A stretch of DNA of 64,000 bases from Eledone cirrhosa (taxonomy: Eukaryota), in contig OZ024740.1 in the NCBI GenBank assembly GCA_964016885.1, positions 287,494,001-287,558,000 of the forward strand, given 5' to 3'. The position numbers were made by a program, and so were the translations under genes. A model generated the notes under the pieces. It was not told the DNA's origin, ran no database searches, and worked only from the letters and a program-made list of their open reading frames with translations. Positions 37,340 to 50,779 of this stretch are shown in pieces (within the stretch, counting starts at the first letter, position 1; every line of letters starts with the position of its first letter).

Positions 37340-39508
37340 TATCATCATCATCATCATTTTACGTCTGCTCTTCCCTGCTTGCAAGGGTAGGACGGGTCTT
37401 ATTCAGCACAGCATCTCTCCACTTGTCACGGTCCTTCGTCATCTCCACCGTGAGCTTCAGCGATCTGAGGTCTGTTCTCACCACTTCCGCACTTGTTTTT
37501 CGTGGTCTACCTCTACCACGTCTTCCTTCAACTGGCAATTCCTGGCACTTCTTCACCCATCGGTCATCCTCCATGCGCATCACATGTCCATACCACCTCA
37601 GTCTCCTCTCCCGTACAGTACATTCTATCCCTCTCAGACACAGTTTCTCTCTCAACACATTCATGCTGGGTCATTCACGCACATTGACACTGCACATCCA
37701 ATGGAGCATGCTTGCCTCATTTCTCTCCAGCCTTGCAAATCCTCTGCAATTGATGCCCATGTCTCACTACCATGCAGCATCGCGCTCCTCACACAGGCAT
37801 CATATAACCGGCCTTTCGTACGCAGGGAGAAACTCTTCTTCGTCGGTAGAGGAAGCAGCTCCCTAAACTTCTTCCAACCCGTCCTTATTCTAGATACTAT
37901 GGCCTCGGAACACCCCCCTCCCATGCTAATCTGATTTCCTAGGTACCGGAAGCTATCCACCACTTCTATAGCACCCTCCTGCATTTGAAAAATGTGTCTA
38001 TCAATGCGACTTCTAATGTCTAATTTCCCTGTACATCTACTGCATACATATTTCTCCTACCTGTTAGTTTGCCTGCTATCCCGCTACATCTCTTGTGTAC
38101 CCAGGATCTGCATTGTGTGCATTTTATAGAATTTATGCCAGTTCCTTTTCTGCATATCAAACATGTCAATTTCCCTGACGGAATCAGAGTTTTACCTCTT
38201 TTCTACTTATCAACACTTTTGTCTAGCTAGGTGCACTCTCAGTCCTCTTGATTCCAACTGCTGTTTCCATAGCCAGAATTTATTCTCTAGCTCCTCTACT
38301 GATTCTGCTATAAGAACCAGATCGTCAGCATAGAGAAGTTCCCATGGACAGCCAGTCTTAAACTCCTCTGTTATGGCTTGGAGGACTATAATGAACAAGA
38401 GCGGGCTGAGGACTGAACCCTGATGTACTCCTACTTGTATCTGGAATTCCTCACTAAACTCCATTCCTACCCTGACTTTACTGAGAGTACCTCTGTACAA
38501 AGTTTGCACTGTCCTCACAAGCCATTCCTCAACACCTAGCTTCCTTAGGGACCACCAGATGACAGATCGGGGTACTCTATCAAAGGCCTTCTCTAGGTCA
38601 ACAAAGGCTAAGTATAGTGGCTTATCTTTCTCTAAGAACCTCTCTTGCAATTGTCTCACCAAGAAGAGGGCATCTGTTGTACTCTTCCCAGGCACAAAAC
38701 CAAACTGCATCTCATCTAGTTTGACCCTTTCTCTAATTAGTTGTGCTAATATCCTTTCTGCCACTTTCATAACCTGATCCATCAGTTTTATACCCCTATA
38801 ATTGCTCCTCTCCAGAGCATCCCCTTTACCTTTGTAGCAATTTATGAAAATACTGCTGCACCAGTCTTTGGGTATGACACCACCATATATAGCCTGATTG
38901 ACTATGCGTGCAACCAGTTTAGTGCCTACGTTTCCTGATGCCTTCAGCATCTCAACAACTATTCCCGATGGTCCAGCAGCCTTACCATTTTTCATTTCAT
39001 TAATCGCCTCTTGGACCCTATATTCATCAATCTCAATAGCTGGTCCCTCTGTCGGATCTACTGAGGGTAATTTCTCTCTCTCCCAGTCGTTCTCCACATT
39101 CATCAGTCTCTCATAATGACATTTCCAGACCTCCTTTTTCTGATCATTCGTGACACTAAGTACACCGGCATCATTCCGGACACATTTATTTCCAACAACA
39201 TCCTGATTTGCATTGACACACTGCCTTGCAATGTGGAACACCGCACGCCTCTGATCTTCCCATCGCAGAACATTGGCAAACCTTCTACTCTCAGCCTCCC
39301 TACGTGCTAAGTACACCTGACATCTAGCTTCTCTCTTAGCGGCTGTATATTCTTCCCTACTCCCACCCTTTTTCCAAGCCTTCCATGCTTTTGTCTCTAA
39401 TGGCCTTATCTACTGTGCTGTTCCACCACCGGGTCACTCTCTGTCTGGTTGGAGCTCTGCTCCTGCCACAAGTTTCATCAGTAGCCTGCAGTAAGAAGTT
39501 GTCACGTA
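37340..39508 (-). pseudogene. RTE-clade LINE, 5'-truncated, with reverse transcriptase (frameshifted)
   Basis: ORF 38210-39316: KAAGPSG, NYRGIKL, QFGFVPGKST, FVDLEKAFDRV, GVHQGSVLSP, LYADD. C-terminal ORFs 37661-37984 and 37359-37664. (ATC)n tail at 37340. Confidence 0.92.
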
Positions 39509-39734
39509 AGAAATATATATATAAATATATATATATACATATATATATGTGTGTGTGTGTATATATATATATACACACACACACACATATATATATATAT
39601 ACTCAATGATATTAAATAAATGGAAACTATAATATCATTGAATATTATACTCTAGAAAACTTGTCGAGTGCTTTGAATCAGTTATAAACATTTATATTTG
39701 TTGAATTACCAACAAATTGAATATCCCTTTTGCT

Positions 39735-39804
<70 letters not shown>

Positions 39805-39877
39805 GTATATAATGTATATATATATATATATAATGTATATATATATATATATACATTATAGATATATATATATATAT

Positions 39878-41555
39878 ATGCTCTTTTCATTGTACGACAA
39901 CTACAGGAGAAGTACCTAGCTAAAAGTAAACCCCTCTACTTAGCTTTTGTAGACCTGGAGAAAGCCTTTGACAGAGTCTCCCGCTCCATTATCTGGTGGG
40001 CTCTTAGAAAACTAGGTGGAGATGAATGGCGTGTGAGAGCTATACAAGCCATGTATAAAGAAACAGTCAGCAAGGTTAGAATGAACAATGAATATAGTGA
40101 AGAGTTTAGCGTAAAAGTTGGTGTTCATCAGGGCTCCGTCCTTAGCCCCCTCTTATTTATTATCGCCCTCCAAGCTATAACAGATGAGTTCAAGACCGGC
40201 TGCCCATGGGAACTTCTATACGCAGATGATCTAAAGCTCATGGTCGAATCAATGGCTGAATTAGAGAAGAAATTCCAAACATGGAAGCGTGGCCTAGAAT
40301 CAAAAGGCCTTAAAGTTAACTTGTCTAAGACTAAAGTCCTAATATGTAGGAAGGAGAATAGGGCACTGGTCCCATCTGGGAAATGGCCATGCTCAGTGTG
40401 TAGGAAAGGAGTAGGCAGAAACTCCATTTTATGTCCCAAATGCAAAGTATGGGTGCATAAAAGAGGTAGTGGGATCGCAGGTAACCTAACTAAGAATATA
40501 GATTTTATATGTGGCTGGTGCAATAAGTAGCAACAAATGCCCACAGAATATTAGCTCATTCCATTTCCCAGATGGTTCTAGAGAAATAGTGGACACCTTC
40601 CATTACCTGGGTGACAAAATCAGCAGTGGTGGAGGGTGCTCTGAAAGTACTGTAGCTAGAGTCCGAACGGGATGGAAAAGGTTCAGAGAGCTTATACCAT
40701 TATTGGCCGCTAAAGGTTTCTCTCTAAAAATAAAAGGCAGGCTGTATGATGCCTGCATACGAACAGCGATGTAACATGGCAGTGAGACATGGGCCTTGTG
40801 TGCAGAGGATCTACGCAGACTGGAGAGGAACGAAGCTTGCATGCTCCATTGGATGTGTAATAGTAATATACGCAAACGGCAAAGCATGAATGAACTAAGT
40901 GAGAAATTAGGAATAAGAGGGATCAGATGCTGTTTACTCGAGAGAAGACTACGTTGGTATGGTCACGTGATGCGCATGAAAGATGACAGCTATATAAAAA
41001 AGTGCAGGGCGATCAAAATAGACAGTAGCTACGAAGTAGGCAGACCCAGAAAAACCTGGGACGACTTAATAAAATCTGACCTCACACACTTACACCTCTC
41101 CAAGACAATGTCACTGGACCAAGATCTTTGGCGCTACGTAGTAATACAGAAGACCCGCTTTGCCTAAGTACAAAGTGAAACCTACAGTCAGTAGGCACCT
41201 CTTAACCAAAATACACCCCCGTCCCACTAACTCTATCCCCACCGCCATCTACACCACCCCTTTCGATCTAAAGCTATGTTGGTACCACAACATCCAGTCC
41301 TAAATAAATGAGGTTGTGTAGGTGTCACAACAAAAAAACACACAGTCCAGCTGTAATGTGGCCGTGTAGGTAACACGGTAAAACCCCCCAGTCCACACTG
41401 TAAACGTGGTTGGTGTTAGGAAAAGCATCCAGCCGTAGAAAACCCGCCAGACAGTCCTGAGCAAGACAACGAATCTTGCCTCAAGTGGGACAATTCCCGT
41501 CCAGACCCATGCTAGCGTGGAAAATGGACGTTAAATGATGATGATGATGATGATA
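39878..41555 (+). pseudogene. RTE-clade LINE, 5'-truncated, with long 3'UTR and (TGA)n tail
   Basis: VDLEKAFDRV, GVHQGSVLSP, LYADD, WPCSVCRKGVGRNSILCPKCKVWVHKR, RLRWYGHV, GRPRKTW. Confidence 0.92.
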
Positions 41556-43073
41556 TATATAATGTATATATATATATAATTAATGTATGTATATATATGT
41601 ATATATATATATATGAATGTATGTCTGTATGCATATGCATGCTGAGTAAATAGAGAATCTAAACAATTTCTGAATACCATCAGTAAAAGTCCAAGAATAG
41701 AATGAAACCTTGTGATTTAAAAGTCTTTTAGTCTTTCAGAATGATGGATATTGTGACTGGATGTTTGTCTGTTGGAAATACTATTGACAGACAAATGGAG
41801 AATGGAATGGTTATATCTTACTAGAATCACATGTCTTTTAATTTACTGTGTATGTGACTCATCATCATCACGATCATCATGTGTATGTGTGTATGTGTGT
41901 ATGTGTGTATGTGTGTATGTGTGTATGTGTGTATGTGTGTGTGTATTTGTGTGTGTGTATGTGTGTGCGCATGCGTGTGTCTGCATGATTGTATGTGCAT
42001 ATGTATGTTTATGCGTGCATATGTATGTTTATTCATTTGTATATTTTGAAAACATTTTTGTTATCAAACATGATGATGATGATAATAATCATGATTTTAT
42101 ATCTACTTTTGATGCTGTCATGGGTTGAACAGGCCATTACAGAGCAGGTGTCGGTTCTTATTTAGAGTTACTGCATTCCAAGATGGGCCAGTAGACCACA
42201 TCTCACATATTTCTCTTTTTAACATGTTTTTTTTTTATAACTGGTTACTTTTCTTCACACCAAACACTTCACAGAGTGTACCTACTCAATATTGTCTCCA
42301 TTCGTTTGACAACAACTTTATAGAGTGAAGTGAGAACATTGTTTTATTGTTACACCAACACTAGAGAGGTTGCCTTGTCCCTTGCAAAGCTAGAAAATCC
42401 TTTTTACACCACATTGAGTGGGATTAGAAGGGAAGAGAGAACATAAAGATAATAGTGACTACAGTAAATAAAGTATTAGAATGGCAGAGGAAGGAAATGG
42501 ACAGTGAAAGTTATATGTTGGCTATGGTAGCAAGCCGAGGAGGAAAAAACAAAGGTATATCTAGTAAATGCAAATACATGTCTAGTAAAACCAAATACAT
42601 AGCAAAACACAAAAATAATCACACTTTAGCATATCTACAAAATATTGACCAATGAACTCCAAGTTAGAACAACACAAATGGATAAACAAATAAAAAGGAA
42701 TATAAGAAAGATTTAAGAATAGATAATTTAAAAGATGGAAATTCTGTATATGATGATAATTTAAAGGTGGGACTTGTTAAATTGTAAAAATTCATAGGAA
42801 ATTTTCCTATAAACCAATAAAAGATATAACTTATTGATAACATGACAACAACTATAAAAAATGCAAACTTGATTATCAAAGACTTAATGAAAATCGATGT
42901 AAACATGAATATCATCTGGGTAAACCAAATAGTATATGCAGCAGCTACAGTGGATGCAAATAGGAGTTGGTACTCCTTCAGATTTACTCATACAGAAATA
43001 TCATAACTGAGGAAAATTAGCATACAAAGAGAAATTGAAAATATTAGAAAAAAATATCCCATTTCTTTATTAA

Positions 43074-43297
43074 GCCTTTAGCATTTACATTACTCTATAT
43101 ATACTATTATATTTTTATGGTAAAGGCTTTACCTCACATAATTATCTCACATAATATCAAATCTATGAGATTTTGATATTATTTATTTTAAGAACAATAC
43201 CTTAATGTCAGTATGAGTTATAGCCAGTTATAGCCAGTTTAAACAGAAAGAGGTGAGAGAATTCTGGCCGAATATGACCGGTTTAAATGCTAAAGGG
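43074..43297 (+). mobile_element. piggyBac-type MITE
   Basis: TTAA|gCCTTTAGCATTTA...TAAATGCTAAAGGG|TTAA. Confidence 0.85.
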
Positions 43298-44327
43298 TTA
43301 AATGAGTAATGCTGTGAAGGAAAACATATGAGGGATAATAGTATAGAAATATAACATAAAAAGTACCCCAAATCAAAGAACTTCAGAAACAATAACTTCT
43401 TGCTAAATCACAAACAATCTATCACTATGAAATGCCACAACAATTCTTTGAACTAAACAAACAGTTTGACTCCAACAGAAAATTATTTTACAAAAGGACT
43501 AGGTAAAAATAAAATAGACATTGATGTAACACCTACAACAAAAGAAATAGAAGAATTCAGAGGCAAAATATAGACAGTGAAGGGATCATCATAAATGAGA
43601 ATGTTCAAAGCAACAATTATGGAAGGCAACATTATTAAGAAGTAACCCAGATAATATATTAAAAAATGAATAACTAGAAGGCTCCAAGGAGTGGTAACAT
43701 CCCACATTTCTCACTGTATATTTAACAGGCATACATAAAATGTTGGAAAAAATACTTAATGAATTGCTGAAAGAGCCATAAACACTGCCTTTATAGTTCC
43801 CTGTGAGAAAAACTATCTTTATCCTCATGACAAAAATACAGCAAACCAAAAAGCTCCAGACTTGTGGTTTACCTGCCTACAACGTATAAAGCCTATACTG
43901 CAATAATAGCACAATGGATAAATGATCATTTGGGAAAACAACAATAGAAGAACAGATGTAATACTGCAAAAGATCATATTCATGTAAAGATTAGTTAATG
44001 ATCAACAAATAGTTAATTGAAGACTGTAGATGAAGAAAGAAGTTATCTGAGCATGGCATTGATGGATTACAAGAAACACTAGTAATAAGCAGATAGGTTC
44101 ATCAAAAAGTTCATTAATAAACAGTTCAGGAAAAGCAACCAAAAGGAGAAATTATGAAACAAATCTCAACTCTATTATAAGAGAAATATTTCAATGGTCT
44201 CTCTCCCTCTCCTTCTTCTTTACTGTTTGTTGCTGACATCTTTAACCAGCATATTAAATCAGAATGAGTTTGGTTATAAATGCTATGGGAGTACAATCAA
44301 CCATCTTATGTCCATAGATAACCTTAA

Positions 44328-44520
44328 CCCTTTAGGTTTTAAATCTGCTGTATCTGGTCAGAATTCTCTCACTTCTTTCTGTTCAAACCAGCTGTAACTG
44401 GCCACTCATACTGATTTTAAGGTATTGTTCTGAAAATAAATAACATCAAAATCTCATAGATTCAATATTATGTGAGATAAGTCTGAGAGATAAAGCCTTT
44501 ACCATGAAAATACAATAGGG
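44328..44520 (-). mobile_element. piggyBac-type MITE, one end eroded
   Basis: TTAA|CCCTTTAG... then the reverse-orientation MITE body. Confidence 0.7.
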
Positions 44521-45486
44521 TATAAACATCTAAAAATACTGTTACATATTATACATGAAGTCATGAAAGGAAGTGGCATGGAATTTAATCTTTAAAAATG
44601 AGACAAGACAATTTTGGAGAGAGGAAAATGTATAAAAACTACTAATATAATCTTATATAAAGAAATAGATAAGAGAAAATACTTAGCAATTAATGAATTA
44701 GACAGTGTAAAATACACACACATTTGATAAAAGAAGGTTGGGAAGGAATATTATACATGTTACAGATTAATACTTAAAACAAAACTAACTGTAAAATATA
44801 AAACAATAGGCTTCCAGAGTAAAAGTGCATTTAGAATAAACTACCCAATATCATGGACAAGAAAGTAATACGTATCATGAATATAGGGAGGTAGGAGCAT
44901 ATCACAACTAGAAAATGATTATAGAACATATAATGAAGGTCTTATGTGGAGGTGTGTGGCCTAGTGATAAGGATGTTGGACTTACGATCATAATGTCATG
45001 GGTTCAATTCCTGGACTAGGTTGTGTATTGTGTTCTTGAGCAAAACACTTTGTTTCACGTTGCTCCAGTATACTCAGATCAATAGTCCAGGGATGGGGTT
45101 TTGTACTCTCAGTCACTTCACGCCATGGAAACCAGGATAAGCACCAGCCTGATGAACCTCTGGCCTCAAGACAGATTTTATATAATGTAGGACTTTTTAA
45201 AAAAATTAGTATAGATCAAAAGGCAACTATAACAAATAGTTATAAAACAAAGGATCTTTTCTATTTTCAATGTAGCCAATAAATATAAAACAGGAGTTGA
45301 GCTAAGAAATGGCTGAGAAGAGAATGGAGTAAGAACAAAAAAATATTGTTTAAAAAAAACTTAGACATAAGCTGTAAATGCTGGCAATAAGATGATGGCA
45401 ATATATGACCAACACATGATAGGACGGAGTAAAACAGAAGTGGGTAAAAAAAAAATCCAGCCCTGGTTGAGAAGCACATGACTTAG

Positions 45487-45865
45487 CCCTTTAGCATTTA
45501 CATTACTACATATTTACTATTGTATTTTCACGGTGAAGGCTTTACATAATTATCTCACATTGGATAGGCAGTATTGGTAGAGGGTCGGACACCATGCTTT
45601 GCAGCAAAGAGTTACGGCCCTTTATGGTCTGAGTTCAAATCTCGCCAAGGTTAACTTTGCTTTTCATCCTTACGGGGTCGATAAAATAAAGCAGTGGGAT
45701 AATTGCTGGCCTTGTGCCAAAAGTAGAAACAATTATATCAAATCTATCAGATTTTCATGTTATTTATTTTGAGAAAAATACCTTAACATAAGTATGAGTG
45801 GCCAGTTTGAACAGAAAGAGGTGAGAGAATTACAACCAGATATGGCCAGTTTAAATGCTAAAAGG
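45487..45865 (+). mobile_element. piggyBac-type MITE with SINE B inserted (~45562-45736)
   Basis: CCCTTTAGCATTTA...TAAATGCTAAAaGG|TTAA. The internal SINE has its A/B boxes and tail. Confidence 0.8.
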
Positions 45866-46257
45866 TTAAAACTAAGACTAAAGGATTTTTGATGGTGGAA
45901 TAAGACAAAAACCTTCTCACCAGTAGCAAGCAAAAACATATAATGAAGGAGAATGCAAAATGTAACTTCAGAATATATGGAGGTTGTGAAGAAACAATCA
46001 AGCACATTGTTTCTAGCTTTGAAGTCATAACTAAAAAAGAATATGTAAACAGACATAATAGAGTGGGAGCTTTTATGCACTAAAGATTATACCAGCATTA
46101 TGATATACCCACAGAAAAGAGATGGTATAAGCATACACCAGAAAATGCTTCAGAGAATGACAATGTAATCATAACCTTGGACATGCCAATTGACATGGAT
46201 AATGAAATTAAGACAAATTGACTAGATAAAACATCACCAGAAAAAGGGATGCTTCTC

Positions 46258-47640
46258 ATCATCATCATCATCATTTTCATGTCCGTTTTTGGGTTGGACA
46301 GGTCCTTCTCAGCACAGCATCTCTCCACTCGTCATGTTCCTCCGTCATCTTCTCTGTGAGTCTCAGTAATTTGAGATCAGCTCTCACCACCTTTGCCCAG
46401 GTCTTTGTAAGTCTACCTCTACTGGAGCTTCCTTCCACTGGCAGTTCCTGGCACTTCTTCACCCAACAGTTATTAGTTACAACTTTCTACATTCATCATC
46501 ATCATTTTCACATGTTTTTCCATGCTTGTATAGGTCGGATGGGTCCTTTTCAGCAAAGCATCTCTCCACTCGGCATGTTCCTTCATTATCTCCTCTGTGA
46601 GCCTCAGTGATTTGAGATCAACTCTCACCACCTCTGCCCAGGTCTTTCTAGGGCTACCTCTACTGTGGCTTGCCCCCACTTGGATTTCCTGGCACTTCTT
46701 CACCCATCGACCATTATCTATGCACATCGCATGTCCAAACCAATGCAGTCTTCTCTTCTGCATACTATCTCGGATTCCTCTTAAACCCAGTTTCTCACTC
46801 AGTTTATCTAAGCTCTCCCTTTATCTCACATTTGCAATGCCCATCCAACAAAGCAAGGCTGCTTCATTTCTCTCCAGTCTACGCATGCCTTCTGCAGTCA
46901 TTTCCCATGTTGCACTATTATTCAGCATTGCACTTCACACACAGGCATCATACAGATGTCCTTTTGTATGGAGAGAGAAACCTTTTGTTATCAACAGTGG
47001 GAGTAGCTCTCTAAACTTCTTCTATACAATCCTTATTATAGCTATTATGCTTTCAGAGCACCCTCCTCCACTGATAATTAAGTCATCAAGATAGCAGGAG
47101 CTATCAACCACTTCTATGAACCCTTCCAGGGACCTGAAAAGGTTTATATCACTGACACTTTCTCAATTACTTCTGTGCATCTATATACAAAGTCTTTCTT
47201 TCCTATTAGTCTACTTGTTATACCACTACATCATATACATAAGATTTAGATTGTGCACACCGTATGGAGTTTATACCTACTCCTTTTCTGCATATTGAGC
47301 AGGGCCACTTCCCTGAAGGGGCCACTATCCTGTCTTCTTTCTTACTTACTAGCACTTTAGTTTATTCTCAAACCCTTTGATTCCAACTCCCATTTCCATA
47401 GACGGAACTTATTTTCTAGTTCTTTTATAGATTCGGCTATAAGGACCAAATCATCTTCATAGAGAAGTTCCCATGGACAGCCAGTTTTAAACTCCTCTGT
47501 TATGGCCTGGAGGACTATAATGAATTGTAGTGGGCAAAGAACTGAACCTTGATGAACTCCTACTTTTACCTTGAATTCCTACTTTCACTTTACTGACATC
47601 CCTTTACTGTACATGGCTTGCATTGCTCTTACAAGCCATT
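46258..47640 (-). pseudogene. Two RTE LINE fragments (46258-46470 and 46493-47640)
   Basis: VKKCQELPVEG, RRLHWFGH, GCPWELLY and VHQGSVL motifs on the minus strand. (ATC)n tails. Confidence 0.85.
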
Positions 47641-48534
47641 CTTCTCAATCGATATCAATTCCAACAGAAAACAATATACATATAAAGAAATTAGGAAAAT
47701 ATCCAGATATATAGATCTGGAAATAGAAATAACCAGAGTGTGGGGATTGAAAACAAAAATCAATCTCCATTATGATAGAAAAAATAGGATCAAAGCCTTT
47801 CCCCCAGAAACTACCTAAAGCATGCAATGAAGTAGAATATATTGAGGTTGGAAAGAAACAATTTTCCAATTTACCACATTACATCTACAGACATAACAGA
47901 ATGGGAACTTTCAGCCGAAACATACATAAAAAAAGATCTAAGAGAATGACGAAGCATCCATGCTTTGGAATGTGCCAAACGAAACAGAGTAACCAAAGCT
48001 GCATGACTAGATATTGTTGCTAAGAACCACCGGGAAAGGAATCACCTCCTAGTTGAGGTATCAGTCTCAACAGATGATAATATATCGTTAAAAGAAATGG
48101 CAAAAGTAATCAAAATATAAAACAAAAAATCTCAAAATAGAGATAACCATAATGTAAAGCTTGAACACTGAACTATATGTGCTTTAGGAGGGAGAGTAAC
48201 CAACTGAGATGAAAGAGAAAGAGAGTGTAAGAAAGTGAAAGAGATAAATGAGAAGGAAGACAAAAAAGATAAGAAAGACGGAAAAATATACAGACAAATA
48301 AATACATAGCCAAACCCTAGCATTTACACCTCTACAAAAAATAGCACTATTAATCACTGCACACATGTTATGTAGAATACTCTCAATACCATAGAAAATA
48401 TAAAGCCAACACAAAACAGCATATACCTGAGGCATATGGTCATTTACATAACTTGATAGGGAGTCAATTAAATTATTCAGTGTTAATAAGATCATCACTG
48501 TGTAAATGAAGGATAATAATAATAATAATAATAA

Positions 48535-49645
48535 TTCTCAAATACAATGTTACTGAACAAAAAGAAATGGATAGAAAGACTAGGAAGCTAATGACTACCT
48601 ACAGCATGTTCCACAAGAGGAGTGATAGACTCTACTTAAAGAGATCTGAAAGCGGAAGAGGTCTTATCAGCATAGAGGATTGTGTTCAGATGGAGAAGAG
48701 CAGTCTACACACATATGTGTCTGAGAGAAGGGAGCCAATGCTCAAAGTTGTAGTGAAGGAGAAGACAATAGACCAGGGAATGTCTAAGAAGGAATTAACA
48801 ACAAGGAGGAAGAGTAACCTTCATGAAAAAATCCTTCATAGCACCTTTTCTAAGAAAACTGAATTCAGAGATCCACAGACATGGAGTTGGTTAAAAAAAG
48901 GAGACCTTAAAAAAGCTACAGAGGAAATGCTACTGGCTGTACAGGAGTAAGCCCTCAAAACGAAGTGGGTGAAACACCGTATTGACAAGGTGGAGGCTAG
49001 CCCACTCTGTAGGATCTGTGGATAGAGAGAGAAGAGACTGTGGCTCACATCGTATCTGAATGTAAACACCTTGCCCAGACTCACTACAAAGGATGGAGGC
49101 ACAATATAATAGGAAAGGTAATTCATTGGCATTTGTGCAAACTAAACAATTTATCACATTTTGAGAAGTGGTATGAGCATAAGCAAGAGTCAGTGATAAA
49201 AAACGATTGAGTGAAGCTGCGATGATATTTCAGGATACAGACAGACAAGAAATTAGAACACAATAGGTCTGACCTGGTGGTTTTTGACAAGGAAAACAGA
49301 TCGTGCCTGATTGTAGATGTAGCCTGCCCCTTTGACACAAGAATGCAAGAAAAGAAGAGGGAGAAAATTAACTGATACCAGGTTTTAAAGTGGGAATTAA
49401 AAAGGGTTTGGGACTGTCATGAGATCAAGGTCATCTCGATTGTCATAGGAACACTAGGTACTATCTCAAAGAATTTTCAAGGATGGTTAAAGAACATTAG
49501 TCCAGCCCCTTTTTTTGGAATACTTCAACAGAAAGAACCTCCGAAACGTCTTGAATATCTGACTATAGATGTTCATTTGAACAAACTTTCCAGTTAAATA
49601 ACATGAATGACTGAGACTCCAAGAAAATAATAATAATAATAATAA
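48535..49645 (+). pseudogene. 5'-truncated R4/Dong LINE copy between (TAA)n tracts
   Basis: Homologous to 53250-54417 (MDRKTRKL..., CRIC...HIVSEC, PDLV...IVDVACPFD). Confidence 0.88.
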
Positions 49646-50079
49646 TGGGCACTGAAAAATATTTCGACTGGATACCTGGAAAGCCATTGCTGCGAGAGAT
49701 ACAGAAAATAGTGCTGATTGGTACTGCCCATGTCCTAAGAAGGGCATTATCAATTTAAAAACTTTGTAGGGACATTTACTGTTGTTTGATTGACAATTGA
49801 TTGTAAAATGTGTGTATTATCAAATTTTGGCTCAGGTGTCAGGTTGACACACGGCATGATTTGGAAAGAAGCAGATCTCAAAGGAAGTTTCAAATCATAA
49901 TAATAATAATGATTTCTTTATTGCCCACAAGGGCTGACATCAAGAAAAACATTACAGTCGGCACAGGACGGTACAGGACGGTACAGCACGGTACGATGTG
50001 GGTTTTGTGCGTGTAAAGATTTTTATTATTTATATAAGAAAAGAAAAAAAAAGGACATATATATAAATCATAATAATAA

Positions 50080-50411
50080 TAATTGTTTCTACTTTAGGCA
50101 CAAAGCCAGCAATTACCCAGTGCATTACTGGTACTTTATTTTATCGACCCCATAAGGATGAAAGGCAAAGTCAACCTCGGCGGGATTTGAACTCAGATCG
50201 TAAAGGGACGTAACTATGCTGGAAAGCATGGCGTCCGACCCTCTACTGATACTGCCAATCCACCACCCTATAATGTTTCTACTTTTGGCACAAGGCCAGC
50301 GATTATCCCAGTGCATTACTGGTGCTTTATTTTATCGACCCCGTAAGGATGAAAGGCAAAGTTAAACCTCGGCGGATTTGAACTAACAACAACAACAACA
50401 ACAACAACACC

Positions 50412-50462
<51 letters not shown>

Positions 50463-50490
50463 TGTCGGCCCCGTAAGGATGAAAGGCAAA
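50080..50490 (-). mobile_element. Cluster of SINE B copies/fragments with (TAA)n/(CAA)n
   Basis: Copies at ~50080-50266, ~50274-50383 and ~50462-50490. Confidence 0.8.
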
Positions 50491-50779
50491 ATAATAATGA
50501 TAAGCAACAAGTCGAAAAATTATAGAACAGAACACAGACAGAAGCAAACGCAACAACAAACACAAATTTCAAAAGTTTTGAACACAACCCCTACTTCCCT
50601 TAGCAGCAGCAGCAACAACAACACTAGTAACCAATGTTACTGGCCTTGAAAAACGAAAAACGCAAAGGAAAAAAACAAACAAACAAACAAAAACTAAGTC
50701 AGACATTCAAACATTACAATGAAACTTATGTTTATTTTTAAAAGTTTTTATCTATTTATTTGTTTATTTATTTATGTTC

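Larger units (their letters stand above)
42700..46257 (+). pseudogene. Old, heavily decayed R4/Dong-like LINE interrupted by MITEs and SINEs; resumes at ~47641
   Basis: Remnants TINHLMSIDNL (RT motif region) at ~44293 and RWYKHTPEN at ~46120. cttctca flanks the RTE insertion at 46252 and 47641. Confidence 0.55.

Noticed and set aside
37340-41555. Single twin-primed inverted RTE insertion
   Set aside because: The two arms overlap in RT coverage, are clearly diverged and have different 3'UTRs, so they are independent insertions around a TA tract.
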